Notes: generated from the sequence alone by a model not told the origin. A DNA stretch of 64,000 nt from Alphaproteobacteria bacterium (GCA_009908425.1 JAAAPF010000310.1:502-64501), one strand, 5' to 3'. Shown: positions 39,772 through 50,981, counted from the stretch's first letter. Made by a program: numbers and translations.

Positions 39772-41328
39772 ATGATCGGCCCCGCCCGCCGGGCGTGGGG
39801 CGCGACCCGCCGCGCGCGCGCGCCCCTGCTCCAGGCGCCGCTCGCCGGGGCGATCGCGACGCTGGCGTTGCCGCCGATCGATTTCTTCCCCGCGCTCCTG
39901 GCCTTCGGCTGGCTGTTGGCGCTCGTGCTCGCCGCGCCCGGCTGGGGGGCGGCGTGGCGCCGGGCGGTGCTGTTCGTCTTCGCCCATGCCCTCGCCGGGC
40001 TGTACTGGGTGGCGATCGCCTTCACCGTCGATCTCGAGCGTTTCGGCGCGCTCGCGGTGCCGGCGCTGTTGCTGCTCTGTCTCGGCATCGCGCTGATCCA
40101 GGGGAGCGTGGTGAGCCTCTTGGCGCTGCGCCGCTGGCGGGCACCGCTGGCGGCCGCGCTGGTCTTCTCCCTCCTGTGGCTCGCGGGCGAATGGCTCCGC
40201 GGGGTGATCGGCCAGTTCCCCTGGAACCTCCTCGGCTACGCCTTCACCGATTGGCCCGCCCTCGCCCAGACCGCGTCGTTGGGCTCGGTCTGGCTGCTGG
40301 GCTGGATCGCGCTGATGCTGGGCACGCTGCCGCTGGCCTGGCGCTGTCCCTTGCGCGAACGGGCGCTCTGGCTCGCCGGCATCGTGGTGCCGGTGAGCGG
40401 GCTGGTGGTCTGGGGTCATCTGCGGCTGCTCGAACCGCCGGCGGCCACCGACACCCGGCTGCGCCTGGTGCAGGGCGCGTTCGCGCTCGACCACGGCTTT
40501 CGCCCCGAGCCCATGCGGCGCTGGTTCGAGCGGCAGCTGCGGTTGACCCGCGCCCCGGCCGAGGCCCCGCTCGACGCCGTGATCTGGTCGGAGGGCGCCA
40601 GCCCCTACCTGCTGGAGACCGACCCGGTGGCGCGGCGGGCGATCGCCGAGGCGCTCGCCGAGGTGCCGGGGGCGCGCTGGCTGCTCACCGGCGGTGACCG
40701 CTTCGTGCGCGACGCCGCGGGCGAGGTCGTCGGCGTCCACAACAGCGTCTTCGCGGTCGACCGCGAGGGCGCGCTGGGCGCCATCTACGACAAGGCCGAT
40801 CTGGTGCCCTTCGGCGAGTTCGTGCCGTTGCGGCCGTGGTTGTCCGCGCTCGGCCTGGAGAAGGTCACCGCCGGCTCGGTGGACTATCGCCCCGGCGCCG
40901 GACGGGTGACGATCGATCTCGCCGGCCTGCCGCCGGTCACGCCACTGATCTGCTACGAAGCGATCTTCTCCGGCCGAACCGTGGGGGAACCGCGCCCCGA
41001 CTGGCTCTTGAACGTCACCATCGACACGTGGTTCGGCCGCAGCCTCGGCCCCTACCAGCATCTCGCGATGGCGCGGCTGCGGGCGGTGGAGGAGGGCCTG
41101 CCCCTGGTCCGGGTCGCCAATTCCGGGGTCAGCGCGGTCATCGATCCCACCGGGCGCGTCCTCGAGCGCATGCCTCTCGACACCCGTGGGGTCCGCGACG
41201 TCCAGCTGCCGGCGGCGGCGGCTCCGACCATGTTCGCGCGCTGGCGCTGGGCGCCGTGGTGGGCGATCGTCGCACTCGTGAGCGGGGCCGCCCTGGTCCG
41301 CGAGCGGATGGCGAGGCCGGAACATTAA
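39772..41328 (+). CDS. lnt: Apolipoprotein N-acyltransferase
   Basis: N-terminal polytopic region followed by a CN-hydrolase domain, with LVPFGEFVP and LICYEAIF (catalytic Cys). 518 aa. Confidence 0.9.
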   Translation: MIGPARRAWGATRRARAPLLQAPLAGAIATLALPPIDFFPALLAFGWLLALVLAAPGWGAAWRRAVLFVFAHALAGLYWVAIAFTVDLERFGALAVPALLLLCLGIALIQGSVVSLLALRRWRAPLAAALVFSLLWLAGEWLRGVIGQFPWNLLGYAFTDWPALAQTASLGSVWLLGWIALMLGTLPLAWRCPLRERALWLAGIVVPVSGLVVWGHLRLLEPPAATDTRLRLVQGAFALDHGFRPEPMRRWFERQLRLTRAPAEAPLDAVIWSEGASPYLLETDPVARRAIAEALAEVPGARWLLTGGDRFVRDAAGEVVGVHNSVFAVDREGALGAIYDKADLVPFGEFVPLRPWLSALGLEKVTAGSVDYRPGAGRVTIDLAGLPPVTPLICYEAIFSGRTVGEPRPDWLLNVTIDTWFGRSLGPYQHLAMARLRAVEEGLPLVRVANSGVSAVIDPTGRVLERMPLDTRGVRDVQLPAAAAPTMFARWRWAPWWAIVALVSGAALVRERMARPEH

Positions 41329-41454
41329 CGATTTGTCGTGTTTTTGTCATCTTTTGGAGCCGCAACCGGGCGGGAACTTGCGATGAGCGTGGTGCCGCGT
41401 CATATCGGAAGGTAGGGTGAGCGGCGATCGACCCTGCGCCGCCTCACGCTCGGG

Positions 41455-41712
41455 TTGAGCCAGGAACGGCTGGGCGAGCTGCTGGGCCTCACGTTCCAAC
41501 GGGTTCAGAAGCACGAAAGCGGTGCCGACCGCCTCGGGTCTTCCCGGCTGTACGAGGCCGCCCGAGCGCTGGAGACCGAGGTCGGCGACTTCTTCGACGA
41601 CCTCGCCGCGGAGCGCGAAAGGCTCGCGGTGAACGCGATCGTGGCGCACGACCCGCGGCCCGACGACGCCGACGAGATGCGCACCCCGCCGCGCCGACTG
41701 ATCGGTGCTTAG
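41455..41712 (+). pseudogene. XRE-family HTH regulator, apparently truncated or disrupted (open part only)
   Basis: The open ORF starts at TTG inside the HTH (LSQERLGELLGLTFQRVQKHESGADRLGSSRLYEAARAL). Homologous-looking sequence continues in frame beyond TAG codons at 41413 and 41710 (see finding). Confidence 0.5.
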
Positions 41713-41877
41713 CTGCGCATCGACAACCTTGAGTTGCGTCAATCCATGTTGGATATCACCCGAGCGTTGGCGGCCACCGGCGATCCGTCGGGTCCGGCGC
41801 TTGACCCTGGGGGGAGACTTCCTCACAAGAACGCCCCCGTAACCGGCCCAGGCCTCACCACCAGGAAAGGAAAGTGC

Positions 41878-43020
41878 GTGGCGGAATTCCTGTTCACCAG
41901 TGAATCGGTGTCCGAAGGGCATCCGGACAAGGTTTGCGACCGGATTTCCGACGCCGTCGTCGACGCTTACGTTCGGGCGTTTCCCGAAGCGCGGGTAGCG
42001 TGCGAAACGTTGACGACCACCAACCGCATCGTGATTGCCGGTGAAACCAAGGGTCCTGCGGAAATACTGACGCAGGTGGAGGACATCGCGCGCAACGTGG
42101 TGCGCGACATCGGCTACGAGCAAGAGGGTTTCCACCACGCCAAGGCGCAGGTGGACGTGCTGCTGCACGCGCAGTCGGCCGACATTGCGATGGGCGTCGA
42201 CAAGGACGGCGCCGGTGACCAGGGCATCATGTTCGGCTTCGCCTGTGACGAGACGCCGGAGTTGATGCCGGCCCCGATCCTCTACGCCCACAAGATCCTG
42301 CGCTTCATGGCGGAGGCCCGCCATCGCGGCGACGAGCCGCTGCTCGGGCCGGACAGCAAGAGCCAGGTCACTCTGCTCTACCGCGACGGCAAGCCGGTGG
42401 GCTGCGACAGCATCGTCGTGTCCACCCAGCACGTCGACGGCGCCCACGCCGACGACGTCCGGGCGGTGGCGATGAAGTACGTCGAGCAGGTGATGCCGGA
42501 GGGGTGGATCCCGCCGGCGGACCGCATCTTCGTCAACCCGACCGGCAAGTTCGTCGTCGGCGGGCCCGACGGTGACGCCGGCCTCACCGGCCGCAAGATC
42601 ATCGTCGACACCTACGGCGGTGCGGCACCCCACGGCGGCGGCGCGTTCTCGGGCAAGGATCCCACCAAGGTGGACCGCTCGGCGGCCTACGCCGCGCGCT
42701 ACCTCGCCAAGAACGTGGTCGCCGCGGGGCTCGCCAAGCGCTGCACCATCCAGCTGGCCTACGCCATCGGCGTCGCCCAGCCGCTCGCGGTCTACGTCGA
42801 GACCCACGGTACCGGCAAAGTCCCCGAGAAGCGGCTCGGCGAGATCCTGCAGAAGTCGCTGGACCTGTCGCCGCGCGGAATCCGCACGCAGCTCGGCCTC
42901 GACCGGCCGATCTACGAGCGCACCGCCACCTACGGTCATTTCGGGCGTGAGCCCGAGGCCGACGGCGGCTTCGCCTGGGAGCGCATCGACCTCGTGGACC
43001 TGCTTCGACGCGAGGCGTGA
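41878..43020 (+). CDS. metK: S-adenosylmethionine synthase
   Basis: [35 protein letters not shown] and [22 protein letters not shown] 41878 is preceded by AGGAAAGGAAAG. The track start at 41734 is an upstream run-on. Confidence 0.93.
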   Translation: MAEFLFTSESVSEGHPDKVCDRISDAVVDAYVRAFPEARVACETLTTTNRIVIAGETKGPAEILTQVEDIARNVVRDIGYEQEGFHHAKAQVDVLLHAQSADIAMGVDKDGAGDQGIMFGFACDETPELMPAPILYAHKILRFMAEARHRGDEPLLGPDSKSQVTLLYRDGKPVGCDSIVVSTQHVDGAHADDVRAVAMKYVEQVMPEGWIPPADRIFVNPTGKFVVGGPDGDAGLTGRKIIVDTYGGAAPHGGGAFSGKDPTKVDRSAAYAARYLAKNVVAAGLAKRCTIQLAYAIGVAQPLAVYVETHGTGKVPEKRLGEILQKSLDLSPRGIRTQLGLDRPIYERTATYGHFGREPEADGGFAWERIDLVDLLRREA

Positions 43021-43748
43021 GCGACGGCGAACCCCGCCGTTTGATCTACGGTCGGCAGCGCGGTCCGAAGCTGAAGCCCGGACAGCGCCGTCGGCTGGAG
43101 ACCCAGCTTCCGGCGCTCGCCGTGCCGTTGCCCCCGGGCGGCGGCCGGCTGGTGCCGGCGAGCTTGCACGCCCCGGGCACCGGCGCGCTGTGGCTGGAGA
43201 TCGGCTTCGGAGCCGGCGAACACCTCGCCTGGCAGGCCGAGCATCATCCGAGCGCGACCCATCTCGGCGTCGAGCCCTATCTCAACGGCGTCGCCGCGCT
43301 GTTGGGGCGGGTCGCGGCGCGGGAGTTGGACAACGTGCGCATCTGCGTCGACGACGCCCGCCTGTTGTTGGCGGCGCTGCCGGATGGCGCGCTGGAGCGG
43401 GTCCACGTGCTGTTTCCCGACCCCTGGCCGAAGCGGCGCCACCACAAGCGGCGCCTCGTCAACCGTCGAAGCGTCGCCGAGATGGCGCGCACGCTCGTGC
43501 CGGGGGGCGAGCTGCGGTTGGCGAGCGACGACCCGGACTACGTCACCTGGATGCTGGCGGCACTGCGCGCCGAGCCCCGCCTGTCGTGGCGGGCGCGGCG
43601 GGCGGCGGACTGGCGCGAGCGGCCGCCGGACTGGCCCGCCACCCGCTACGAGGCCAAGGCCCGGGCCGCCGGGCGGACCTGCGTGTTCCTGCGCTTCGTC
43701 CGCCGTCGGGAGGAACGTGAGGCGGAAAACGCCGGCGTCGGCCGCTGA
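43017..43748 (+). CDS. trmB: tRNA (guanine-N7)-methyltransferase
   Basis: [11 protein letters not shown] and [20 protein letters not shown] overlaps the metK stop (GTGA). Confidence 0.9.
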   Translation: MSDGEPRRLIYGRQRGPKLKPGQRRRLETQLPALAVPLPPGGGRLVPASLHAPGTGALWLEIGFGAGEHLAWQAEHHPSATHLGVEPYLNGVAALLGRVAARELDNVRICVDDARLLLAALPDGALERVHVLFPDPWPKRRHHKRRLVNRRSVAEMARTLVPGGELRLASDDPDYVTWMLAALRAEPRLSWRARRAADWRERPPDWPATRYEAKARAAGRTCVFLRFVRRREEREAENAGVGR

Positions 43749-43752
43749 GCAC

Positions 43753-43781
43753 TTGTCAGTGCGGGAACGCTTTCGCATATT
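43753..43781 (+). promoter_or_regulatory. Candidate promoter of the rimP-nusA-infB operon
   Basis: TTGTCA (43753..43758), a 17-nt spacer, then CATATT (43776..43781), in the AT-richer trmB-rimP spacer. Confidence 0.35.
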
Positions 43782-43802
43782 GCAGATCTGGCAAGGTTCA
43801 CA

Positions 43803-44372
43803 GTGGGCGCGCGCGCCCGCTTTTTTGTTTCCGACGACGCGGTGCCCGAGACCAGTCCCTCTTGCGAGGCCGCTCGCGAAGGCCGGATCGCCGACCTGCT
43901 CGCACCCGCCCTGGCGGCGCTGGGATACGAGTTGGTGCGGGTGCGCCTCGGGAGTAAGACGCTGCAGGTCATGGTCGAACGCGAGGATCGTGCGACGATG
44001 ACCGTCGACCACTGCGCCGAAGCGAGCGAGACGATCTCGGCGATCCTCGACGAGGCCGACCCGATCGCCGGCGCGTTCGAGCTGGAGGTGAGCTCGCCGG
44101 GCCTCGACCGCCCGCTCACCCGCCCCGGCGATTTCCGCCGCTTCGCCGGCTTCGACGCGCGGGTGGAATTGCGCGAACCGCTCGACGGGCGGCGCCGCTT
44201 CACCGGCCGCCTCGACGGTTTCGAGGAGGCGGAGGAGGCGGCGGTGGTGCTGACCACGGCGGAGGGAACGGTGCGGCTGCCCTGGCGGGCGGTGAAGAAG
44301 GCCAAACTGGTGCTCGACGACGCGCTGATGCGGGCGGCGGCGCGCTGGGCGCAAGAGGGGCGTTCGCCCTGA
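43803..44372 (+). CDS. rimP: Ribosome maturation factor RimP
   Basis: LLAPALAALGYELVRV...LEVSSPGLDRPLTRPGDFRRFAG. It sits directly upstream of nusA. GTG start, so the N-terminus is uncertain. Confidence 0.85.
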   Translation: MGARARFFVSDDAVPETSPSCEAAREGRIADLLAPALAALGYELVRVRLGSKTLQVMVEREDRATMTVDHCAEASETISAILDEADPIAGAFELEVSSPGLDRPLTRPGDFRRFAGFDARVELREPLDGRRRFTGRLDGFEEAEEAAVVLTTAEGTVRLPWRAVKKAKLVLDDALMRAAARWAQEGRSP

Positions 44373-44425
44373 GCCCGACCGCGGGCGGCGGCGGACGACA
44401 CGCTCGAGGAACGAAGGACGAAGCG

Positions 44426-45991
44426 ATGAACACGCCGAGCCTCGGACGGCTGGAACTGTTGCGGGTCGCGGACGCGGTCGCGCAGGAAAAAGGCATCAGC
44501 GCCGACGAGGTGCTCGAAGCCATGGCGCAGGCCATCCAGACGGCGGCGCGCCGCAAATACGGCCTGGAGCACGAGATCACCGCCGAGATCGACCCCAAGA
44601 GCGGCGAGATCCGAGTGTACCGTCAGCTCGAGGTGGTCGACGAGGTGAGCGACCCCGACCGCGAGGTCACAATCGACGTCGCCCGCCGGCAGAACCCCGA
44701 GGCCGACGTCGGCGATCACATCCTGGAGCCGCTGCCGCCGATCGACCTCGGGCGGATCTCGGCGCAGAGCGCCAAGCAGGTGATCGTGCAGAAGGTCCGC
44801 GAGGCCGAGCGCGAGCGCCAGTACGAGGAGTACAAGGACCGGCTCGGCGAGATCCTCGTCGGCGAGGTCAAGCGCATCGAGCACGGCAACATCCTGGTCG
44901 ATCTCGGCCGCGCCGAGGCCATCGTGCGCCGCGACGACGTCATCCCGCGCGAGATGTTCCAGGTGAAGGACCGCATCCGCGCCTATCTCTACGACGTCCG
45001 CCAGGAGCTGCGCGGCCCGCAGCTGTTCCTGTCCCGCACGCACCCGCGGTTCATGGCCAAGCTGTTCGAGCAGGAGGTGCCGGAGATCTACGACGGCATC
45101 ATCGAGATCAAGTCGGTGGCGCGCGATCCGGGCTCGCGGGCGAAGATCGCGGTGCTCTCCAAGGACAGCAACATCGACCCCGTCGGCGCCTGCGTCGGCA
45201 TGCGCGGCTCGCGGGTGCAGGCGGTGGTCCAGGAGCTGTCGGGCGAGAAGGTCGACATCATCCCGTGGTCGTCGGACGACGCCACCTTCGTGGTGAACGC
45301 CCTCGCCCCGGCCGAGGTCACCAAGGTCGTCCTCGACCCCGACACCCAGCGCATCGAGGTCGTCGTCCCGGACGAGCAACAGCACATCGCGATCGGCCGG
45401 CGCGGCCAGAACGTGCGGCTGGCCTCGCAGCTCACCGGCTGGAACATCGACATCATCTCGGAGAGCCAGGAGAGCGACCGGCGCAACGAGGAGTTCCGCT
45501 CGCTGACCGACATGTTCGTCGACCGCTTGAACGTCGAGGAGATGATCGCCCAGCTGTTGGCGACCGAGGGTTTCTCGAGCGTCGAGGAGCTGGCCGACAC
45601 GCCCTTGGACGAGATCGCCGCCATTCAGGGCTTCGACGAGGAGATCGCCGCCGCCTTGAAGGAGCGCGCCGATCAGACCCTCGAGGAGGAGGCGGAGCAG
45701 CTGCGCGAGACCTGCGAGACCCTGGGGCTCACCCAGGAGCTGGTCGACTTCGAGCCGCTGTCGATCCAGTCGATCATCAAGCTCGGCGAACAGGGCGTGA
45801 AGAGCCTGGACGACCTCGCCGATCTCGCCGCCGACGAGCTGATCGAGCTGCTGCCCGACGCCGGGCTCTCGGCGGACGGCGCCGGCGAGATCATCATGGC
45901 GGCCCGGGCGCACTGGTTCGCCGACGAGGAAACCGACGACGCGAGCGCCGACGCCGAGACGGCGCCCGCGAGCGAACGGCAGACGGCTTGA
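44426..45991 (+). CDS. nusA: Transcription termination/antitermination factor NusA
   Basis: LLRVADAVAQEKGISADEVLEAMAQAIQTAARRKYG, S1 and KH domains (GACVGMRGSRVQAVVQELSGEKVDII), and C-terminal acidic repeats. Confidence 0.95.
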   Translation: MNTPSLGRLELLRVADAVAQEKGISADEVLEAMAQAIQTAARRKYGLEHEITAEIDPKSGEIRVYRQLEVVDEVSDPDREVTIDVARRQNPEADVGDHILEPLPPIDLGRISAQSAKQVIVQKVREAERERQYEEYKDRLGEILVGEVKRIEHGNILVDLGRAEAIVRRDDVIPREMFQVKDRIRAYLYDVRQELRGPQLFLSRTHPRFMAKLFEQEVPEIYDGIIEIKSVARDPGSRAKIAVLSKDSNIDPVGACVGMRGSRVQAVVQELSGEKVDIIPWSSDDATFVVNALAPAEVTKVVLDPDTQRIEVVVPDEQQHIAIGRRGQNVRLASQLTGWNIDIISESQESDRRNEEFRSLTDMFVDRLNVEEMIAQLLATEGFSSVEELADTPLDEIAAIQGFDEEIAAALKERADQTLEEEAEQLRETCETLGLTQELVDFEPLSIQSIIKLGEQGVKSLDDLADLAADELIELLPDAGLSADGAGEIIMAARAHWFADEETDDASADAETAPASERQTA

Positions 45992-46644
45992 GCGCCCGCG
46001 CCGACGACACCCTCGTCCAGGTCGAGCCGGACGCCCCGCGGCGACGGGCGCGGCGGTGCATCGCCAACCGCGCGCCGCGCGAGCGCGACGAGATGATCCG
46101 GTTCGTCGTCGGCCCGGACGACCGGCTGGTGCCCGATCCCGACGCCCGGCTGCCCGGGCGCGGGTTGTGGTTGAGCGCGGACGCGGAAAGCTTTAAGAGG
46201 GCGGTGTCTCGAAATCTGTTCGCCAAGGCGGCCCGCCGCCGGGTGGTCGTCGATCCCGAGATCGCTGCGCGCTTGGACCGGATGCTGGCGGAGCGGTGCC
46301 TGCAGTGGCTGGGCCTCGCGCGGCGGGCGGGCCGCTTGGAGATGGGCTTCGAGCAGGTGGTGCGAACGGCGCGAGCGGGCGAGGTCGAGTTGCTGGTGGT
46401 GGCGAAGGACGCGGCGGCGGACGGTCGCGAGAAGCTCGCACGCAGCGCCTCGACGGTGTGCCGCGTCGCCCTGTTCGGCCGAGAAGAGATGGGTGCCGCC
46501 GTGGGTCGCGAAGCCTTGGTCTATGCCGGTCTGCGATCCGATCGTCTGGCGACGAAATTGTGGAACGACGCGCGCCGGCTCGCGGGTCTGCGCGGTCTAG
46601 CGGCGCCCGCGGGGGCGTCAGAGGAGTTGATCGAACAGGCATGA
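45988..46644 (+). CDS. YlxR/DUF448-type RNA-binding protein fused to an L7Ae-like domain
   Basis: [41 protein letters not shown] is the DUF448 core. It lies between nusA and infB, with a TTGA overlap with nusA and an ATGA overlap with infB. Confidence 0.8.
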   Translation: MSARADDTLVQVEPDAPRRRARRCIANRAPRERDEMIRFVVGPDDRLVPDPDARLPGRGLWLSADAESFKRAVSRNLFAKAARRRVVVDPEIAARLDRMLAERCLQWLGLARRAGRLEMGFEQVVRTARAGEVELLVVAKDAAADGREKLARSASTVCRVALFGREEMGAAVGREALVYAGLRSDRLATKLWNDARRLAGLRGLAAPAGASEELIEQA

Positions 46645-49325
46645 GCGAAAGCAAGGGCCAGGATCGCACGGAGCGGATCTCGCTCCGATCGGGCGGACGA
46701 CGTGTCGACCAGCGCAAGGGCGAAGGTCAGACGGTCCGTCAGAGTTTCTCGCACGGGCGATCCAAGTCGGTCGCGGTCGAGGTCAAGCGCTCGCCGACGG
46801 GCCGCCGTGGCGGCGGCAAGGGGGGTGCGCGCGAGGACGGCACGGCGGCGGAAACGACCGCGCCCGAGGGCGCGCGCACGGCCCCGTCGGCGCCGGCGCA
46901 GCCGGCCGCGAGCAAGGAGCAGGCCAAGGGCGGCGGCCGCGGCGGCCGGCGACCGATGGTGCTCAAGCCGCTCACCGACGAGGAGCGCAAAGCCCGCCAG
47001 GCTGCGCTCGTAGAAGCGCGCAAGCGTGAGGAGGAGGAGCAGCGCCGCGCCGAGGCCGAGGCCAAGCGACGGGCCGAAGAGGAGGCCCGCCGTCGGGCCG
47101 AAGAGGAAGCCCGCCGCAAGACCGAGGAGGAAGAGGCGGCCCGCCTCGCCGAGGAAGAGGCCGCGCGCAAGCACGCCGAAGACGAGGCGCGCGAGCAGCT
47201 CGAGTCCGAAACCGGCGCCGAACCGGCGGCGGGCGAGCCCGCCCCGGCGGCGGCCGAGGCCGGCGCCGAGGCCAAGCCGGCCGAGGCACCCGCCGGCGCG
47301 GAGCGCGAGACCCGCGGACCGGCACGTCCCGGCACCGCCCGCCCGGCGGGACGGACCGAGGAGGAGGAGAGCCCGCGCGCCAAGACCAAGCGCGCCAAGC
47401 CGGCGGCCAAGGGGCCGCGGCGCGAGGACAGCCGGCGCGGCGGCAAGATCCAGTTCGACGCCGTCGAAGGCGACGTCGTCGAGCGCAAGGGGCCGAGCCT
47501 CGCCGCGCTCAGGCGGCGCCAGGAGCGCGAGCGGCGGGCGCGGCAGAGCCAGACCTCGGAGCCGCAGATCCGCGAGGTGGTGCTGCCGGAGACCATCACC
47601 GTCTCCGAGCTCGCCAACCGGATGGCGGTCCGCGGTGCCGAGGTCGTCAAGGCGCTCATGAAGATGGGCGTGATGGCGAGCGTCACCCAGGCCATCGACG
47701 CCGACACCGCCGAGGTGGTCGTCACCGAGTTCGGCCACACCCCGAAGCGGGTTTCCGAAGCCGACGTGCTCGAAGGGCTGGAGGGCCCCGAGGACCGGGC
47801 CGAGGATCTGCGGCCGCGGCCGCCGGTGGTCACCGTCATGGGTCACGTCGACCACGGCAAGACGTCGCTTTTGGACGCGGTCCGCAACGCCGACGTGGTC
47901 GCCGGCGAGGCCGGCGGCATCACCCAGCACATCGGCGCCTACCAGGTCGACATCGGCACCGGCGGGCTGCCGGTGACCTTCATCGACACCCCGGGCCACG
48001 CCGCCTTCACCGAGATGCGCTCGCGCGGCGCCAAGGCGACCGACGTCGTGATCCTGGTCGTCGCCGCGAACGACGGCGTGATGCCGCAGACCGTCGAGGC
48101 CATCAACCACGCCAAGGCGGCCGGGGTCCCGATCGTCGTCGCGATCAACAAGGTGGATCTGGCCGACGCCGAGCCCGAGCGGGTCAAGAACGAGCTGTTG
48201 AGCCACGAGCTCGTGCCCGAGGACTACGGCGGTGACATCCAGTGCATTCCGGTGAGCGCGGTGGCGCGCAGCGGTCTCGACGACCTGATCGAGGCGGTGC
48301 AGCTGCAGGCCGAGGTTCTGGAGCTCAAGGCCAACCCCGACCGCGAAGCTCAAGGCGTCGTCATCGAAGGCCGGCTCGAGCGCGGTCGCGGCGTCGTCGC
48401 CACGGTGCTGGTCCAGCGCGGCACCTTGAAGGTCGGTGACGTCGTGGTCTGCGGCCCGACCTGGGGCCGGGTGCGGGCGATGCTCGACGACCGCGGCCGC
48501 AGCGCCAAGGAGGCCGGACCGTCGGTGCCGGTGGAGGTGCTCGGCCTCGACGGGGTGCCGACGGCGGGCGACCGGGTCGACGTGGTCGACAACGAGCGTC
48601 GGGCGCGGGAGATCGCCGAGTACCATCAGCGTCAGCTGCGCGACACGCAGGCGGCGACCGGGGTCGGTGGCTCGGTCGACGACCTCTTCAAGGCGCTGAA
48701 GGAGGGCCAGGCCAGCGAGCTGCCGGTGGTCGTCAAGGCCGACGTCCACGGCTCGCTCGAGGCCATTCAAGCGGGGCTCGAAAAGCTCTCCACCGACGAG
48801 GTCAAGGTGCGGATCCTGCACGGCGGCGTCGGCGGCATCACCGAGAGCGACATCACCCTCGCCCGCGCGTCGAGCGCGCTGGTCGTGGGCTTCAACGTCC
48901 GCGCCAACGCCCAGGCCCGCGATCTCGCCAAGCGCGACAATATCGAGATCCGGTACTACTCGATCATTTACGAGCTCTTGGACGACGCCAAGGACATGCT
49001 CTCGGGCATGCTGACGCCGGAGGCCCGCGAGACGGTCACCGGCCACGCCGAAATCCGCGAGGTCTTCAACATCACCAAGGTCGGCAAGGTCGCCGGCTGC
49101 CGGGTGGTCGACGGCATGGTGCGGCGCGGCGCCAAGGTGCGGCTGTTGCGCGACGACGTGGTGGTCTACGAGGGCGAACTGTCCTCCTTGAAGCGGTTCA
49201 AGGAGGACGTCCGCGAGGTCAAGGAAGGCTTCGAGTGCGGCATGGCGATCGCCGGCTACGGCGACATCCGCGAGGGTGACGTCATCGAAGCCTACGAAGT
49301 CCAGGAGGTGGCGCGCTCGTTGTGA
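46641..49325 (+). CDS. infB: Translation initiation factor IF-2
   Basis: Charged Glu/Arg/Ala-rich N-terminal region, then the G domain: [24 protein letters not shown] and NKVD. 894 aa from ATG 46641. Confidence 0.95.
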   Translation: MSESKGQDRTERISLRSGGRRVDQRKGEGQTVRQSFSHGRSKSVAVEVKRSPTGRRGGGKGGAREDGTAAETTAPEGARTAPSAPAQPAASKEQAKGGGRGGRRPMVLKPLTDEERKARQAALVEARKREEEEQRRAEAEAKRRAEEEARRRAEEEARRKTEEEEAARLAEEEAARKHAEDEAREQLESETGAEPAAGEPAPAAAEAGAEAKPAEAPAGAERETRGPARPGTARPAGRTEEEESPRAKTKRAKPAAKGPRREDSRRGGKIQFDAVEGDVVERKGPSLAALRRRQERERRARQSQTSEPQIREVVLPETITVSELANRMAVRGAEVVKALMKMGVMASVTQAIDADTAEVVVTEFGHTPKRVSEADVLEGLEGPEDRAEDLRPRPPVVTVMGHVDHGKTSLLDAVRNADVVAGEAGGITQHIGAYQVDIGTGGLPVTFIDTPGHAAFTEMRSRGAKATDVVILVVAANDGVMPQTVEAINHAKAAGVPIVVAINKVDLADAEPERVKNELLSHELVPEDYGGDIQCIPVSAVARSGLDDLIEAVQLQAEVLELKANPDREAQGVVIEGRLERGRGVVATVLVQRGTLKVGDVVVCGPTWGRVRAMLDDRGRSAKEAGPSVPVEVLGLDGVPTAGDRVDVVDNERRAREIAEYHQRQLRDTQAATGVGGSVDDLFKALKEGQASELPVVVKADVHGSLEAIQAGLEKLSTDEVKVRILHGGVGGITESDITLARASSALVVGFNVRANAQARDLAKRDNIEIRYYSIIYELLDDAKDMLSGMLTPEARETVTGHAEIREVFNITKVGKVAGCRVVDGMVRRGAKVRLLRDDVVVYEGELSSLKRFKEDVREVKEGFECGMAIAGYGDIREGDVIEAYEVQEVARSL

Positions 49326-49756
49326 GCGCGCCCGTCCCCGGCCCCTCGGCGTTGACGGCTTCCGGCTCCGGCTCGCCCTCCCCGCGCCAGCTCAAGGTCG
49401 CCGAGACCATCCGGCACGAGCTGGCCGGATGGCTGGTGCGCGGCGAGATCCACGACCCGCGGCTGGCGGACGCCAGCGTGACGATCTCCGAGGTCCGGGC
49501 CTCGCGCGACCTCAAGCACGCCACCGCCTACGTCGCGGTGCTGGGCGCGGAGGGCGCGCCCACCGACGTGCTGGCGGCGCTCAACCACGCCGCCGGCGCG
49601 CTCGGCGGCCGGCTGGCCCGGGCGCTGCACCTGAAATACGCGCCGCGGCTGACCTTCGCGGCCGACGACCGCTACGACGAGGCGGCGCGCATCGACGCCC
49701 TCCTGCGCGCGGCGCGGGCGGACCGCGATGCGGAGAACGGGGACGATGGGACGTAA
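49322..49756 (+). CDS. rbfA: Ribosome-binding factor A
   Basis: [27 protein letters not shown]...[22 protein letters not shown] overlaps the infB stop (GTGA). Confidence 0.9.
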   Translation: MSAPVPGPSALTASGSGSPSPRQLKVAETIRHELAGWLVRGEIHDPRLADASVTISEVRASRDLKHATAYVAVLGAEGAPTDVLAALNHAAGALGGRLARALHLKYAPRLTFAADDRYDEAARIDALLRAARADRDAENGDDGT

Positions 49757-50663
49757 GCGACGCCAGGGTCGGCCGATCAACGGCTGGCTGGTCATCGACA
49801 AGGCTCGGGGCGAAACCTCCACCGGCGTGGTGAGCGCCGTGCGCCGCTTGACGCAGGCCCAAAAGGCGGGCCACGGCGGCACCCTCGACCCGCTCGCCAC
49901 CGGCGTGCTGCCGATCGCGCTGGGCGAGGCCACCAAGACCGTGCCCTACGTCGTCGCCGCCACCAAGGCCTACCGCTTCGAGGTCCGCTTCGGCGAGGCC
50001 CGCGACACCGACGACGCCGAAGGCGAGGTCATCGCCACCGCCGACGCGCGCCCCGACGACGCCGAGATCGCCGCCGCGCTCGGACGGTTCCGCGGCGCCG
50101 TCCTCCAGACCCCGCCGCGCTACGCCGCGGTCAAGGTCGAGGGCGAGCGCGCCTACGACCTGGCGCGCCGCGGCGAGACCGTCGAGCTGGCGCCGCGACC
50201 GGTGGAGATCCACGCCCTCGAGCTGGTCGAACGGCCGAGCGCGGATCGTGCGCTGTTCGAGATGACCAGCGGCAAGGGCGCCTATGTGCGGGCGGTAGCC
50301 CGCGATCTTGGCGACGTGCTGGGCTGCCACGGCCACGTCACCGCGCTGCGGCGACTGGCGGTCGGCGGCTTCCACGCCGAGGACGCCGTCACCCTCACCA
50401 CCCTGGAGCGGCTCGTCGAGGACGACGCCCTGCCCCAGGCCCTCGTGTCGTTGACGACCGCGCTGGCCGACATCCCGGCGCTGGCCGTCACCGAACCACA
50501 GGCGCAGCGGCTCAGATCGGGTCAACCGATCCGGGCCGCCCGCCAGCTCGTCACCGGCGACGGCGACGCGGACACGGTCCGGGTCCAGCTCGCCGGCGAG
50601 GTCGTGGCGCTCGGGCGCTTCGACGGCGACTGGCTCGCGCCGGTGCGTGTCTTCAACCTTTAA
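49746..50663 (+). CDS. truB: tRNA pseudouridine(55) synthase
   Basis: INGWLVIDKARGETS and KAGHGGTLDPLATGVLPIALGEATK (catalytic Asp). ATG 49746 is preferred over the track start at 49728. Confidence 0.9.
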   Translation: MGRKRRQGRPINGWLVIDKARGETSTGVVSAVRRLTQAQKAGHGGTLDPLATGVLPIALGEATKTVPYVVAATKAYRFEVRFGEARDTDDAEGEVIATADARPDDAEIAAALGRFRGAVLQTPPRYAAVKVEGERAYDLARRGETVELAPRPVEIHALELVERPSADRALFEMTSGKGAYVRAVARDLGDVLGCHGHVTALRRLAVGGFHAEDAVTLTTLERLVEDDALPQALVSLTTALADIPALAVTEPQAQRLRSGQPIRAARQLVTGDGDADTVRVQLAGEVVALGRFDGDWLAPVRVFNL

Positions 50664-50700
50664 CCGGCGCGCCGCCGGTCCCATTTGAGGAGAGTATACG

Positions 50701-50970
50701 ATGTCGATCACCGCCGAGCGCAAGCAGGAGCTCGTCAAGGACTTCGGCACCGTCGCCGGAGATACCGGTTCGCCGGAAGTCCAGGTCGCGATCCTCACCG
50801 AGAGGATCCAGAACCTGACCGAACATATGAAGAGCCACAACAAAGACTTCGCCTCACGGCGGGGCCTGTTGATGATGGTGGGCCAGCGTCGGCGCCTTCT
50901 GGACTATCTGAAGCGGAAGGACGCGCAGCGCTACTTGAAGCTCATCGAACGGCTCGGCATCCGCAAATAG
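50701..50970 (+). CDS. rpsO: 30S ribosomal protein S15
   Basis: [16 protein letters not shown]...[49 protein letters not shown]. 89 aa. Confidence 0.97.
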   Translation: MSITAERKQELVKDFGTVAGDTGSPEVQVAILTERIQNLTEHMKSHNKDFASRRGLLMMVGQRRRLLDYLKRKDAQRYLKLIERLGIRK

Positions 50971-50981
50971 CGGAGCGAGCC

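Noticed and set aside
41780-41877. Possible SAM-responsive riboswitch or anti-Shine-Dalgarno structure in the metK leader
   Set aside because: I found only a 5-bp GGGGG/CCCCC stem and a 5-bp ttcct/aggaa pairing with the Shine-Dalgarno sequence. Both are expected by chance at this GC content. There is no resemblance to the SAM-II or SAM/SAH consensus sequences as I remember them. The segment also looks like the decayed 3' end of the XRE gene.
47020-47200. Repetitive GAG/GCC/CGC-rich stretch that looks like a tandem DNA repeat
   Set aside because: It encodes the charged (EEARR)n-like linker of the IF-2 N-terminal region ([41 protein letters not shown]). This is normal for infB and is not a CRISPR, VNTR or mobile-element feature.
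43646-49046. Long minus-strand ORFs 43646..45913 (755 aa) and 46521..49046 (841 aa)
   Set aside because: They are antisense shadows of rimP/nusA and infB, with low-complexity composition. The plus strand encodes textbook proteins.
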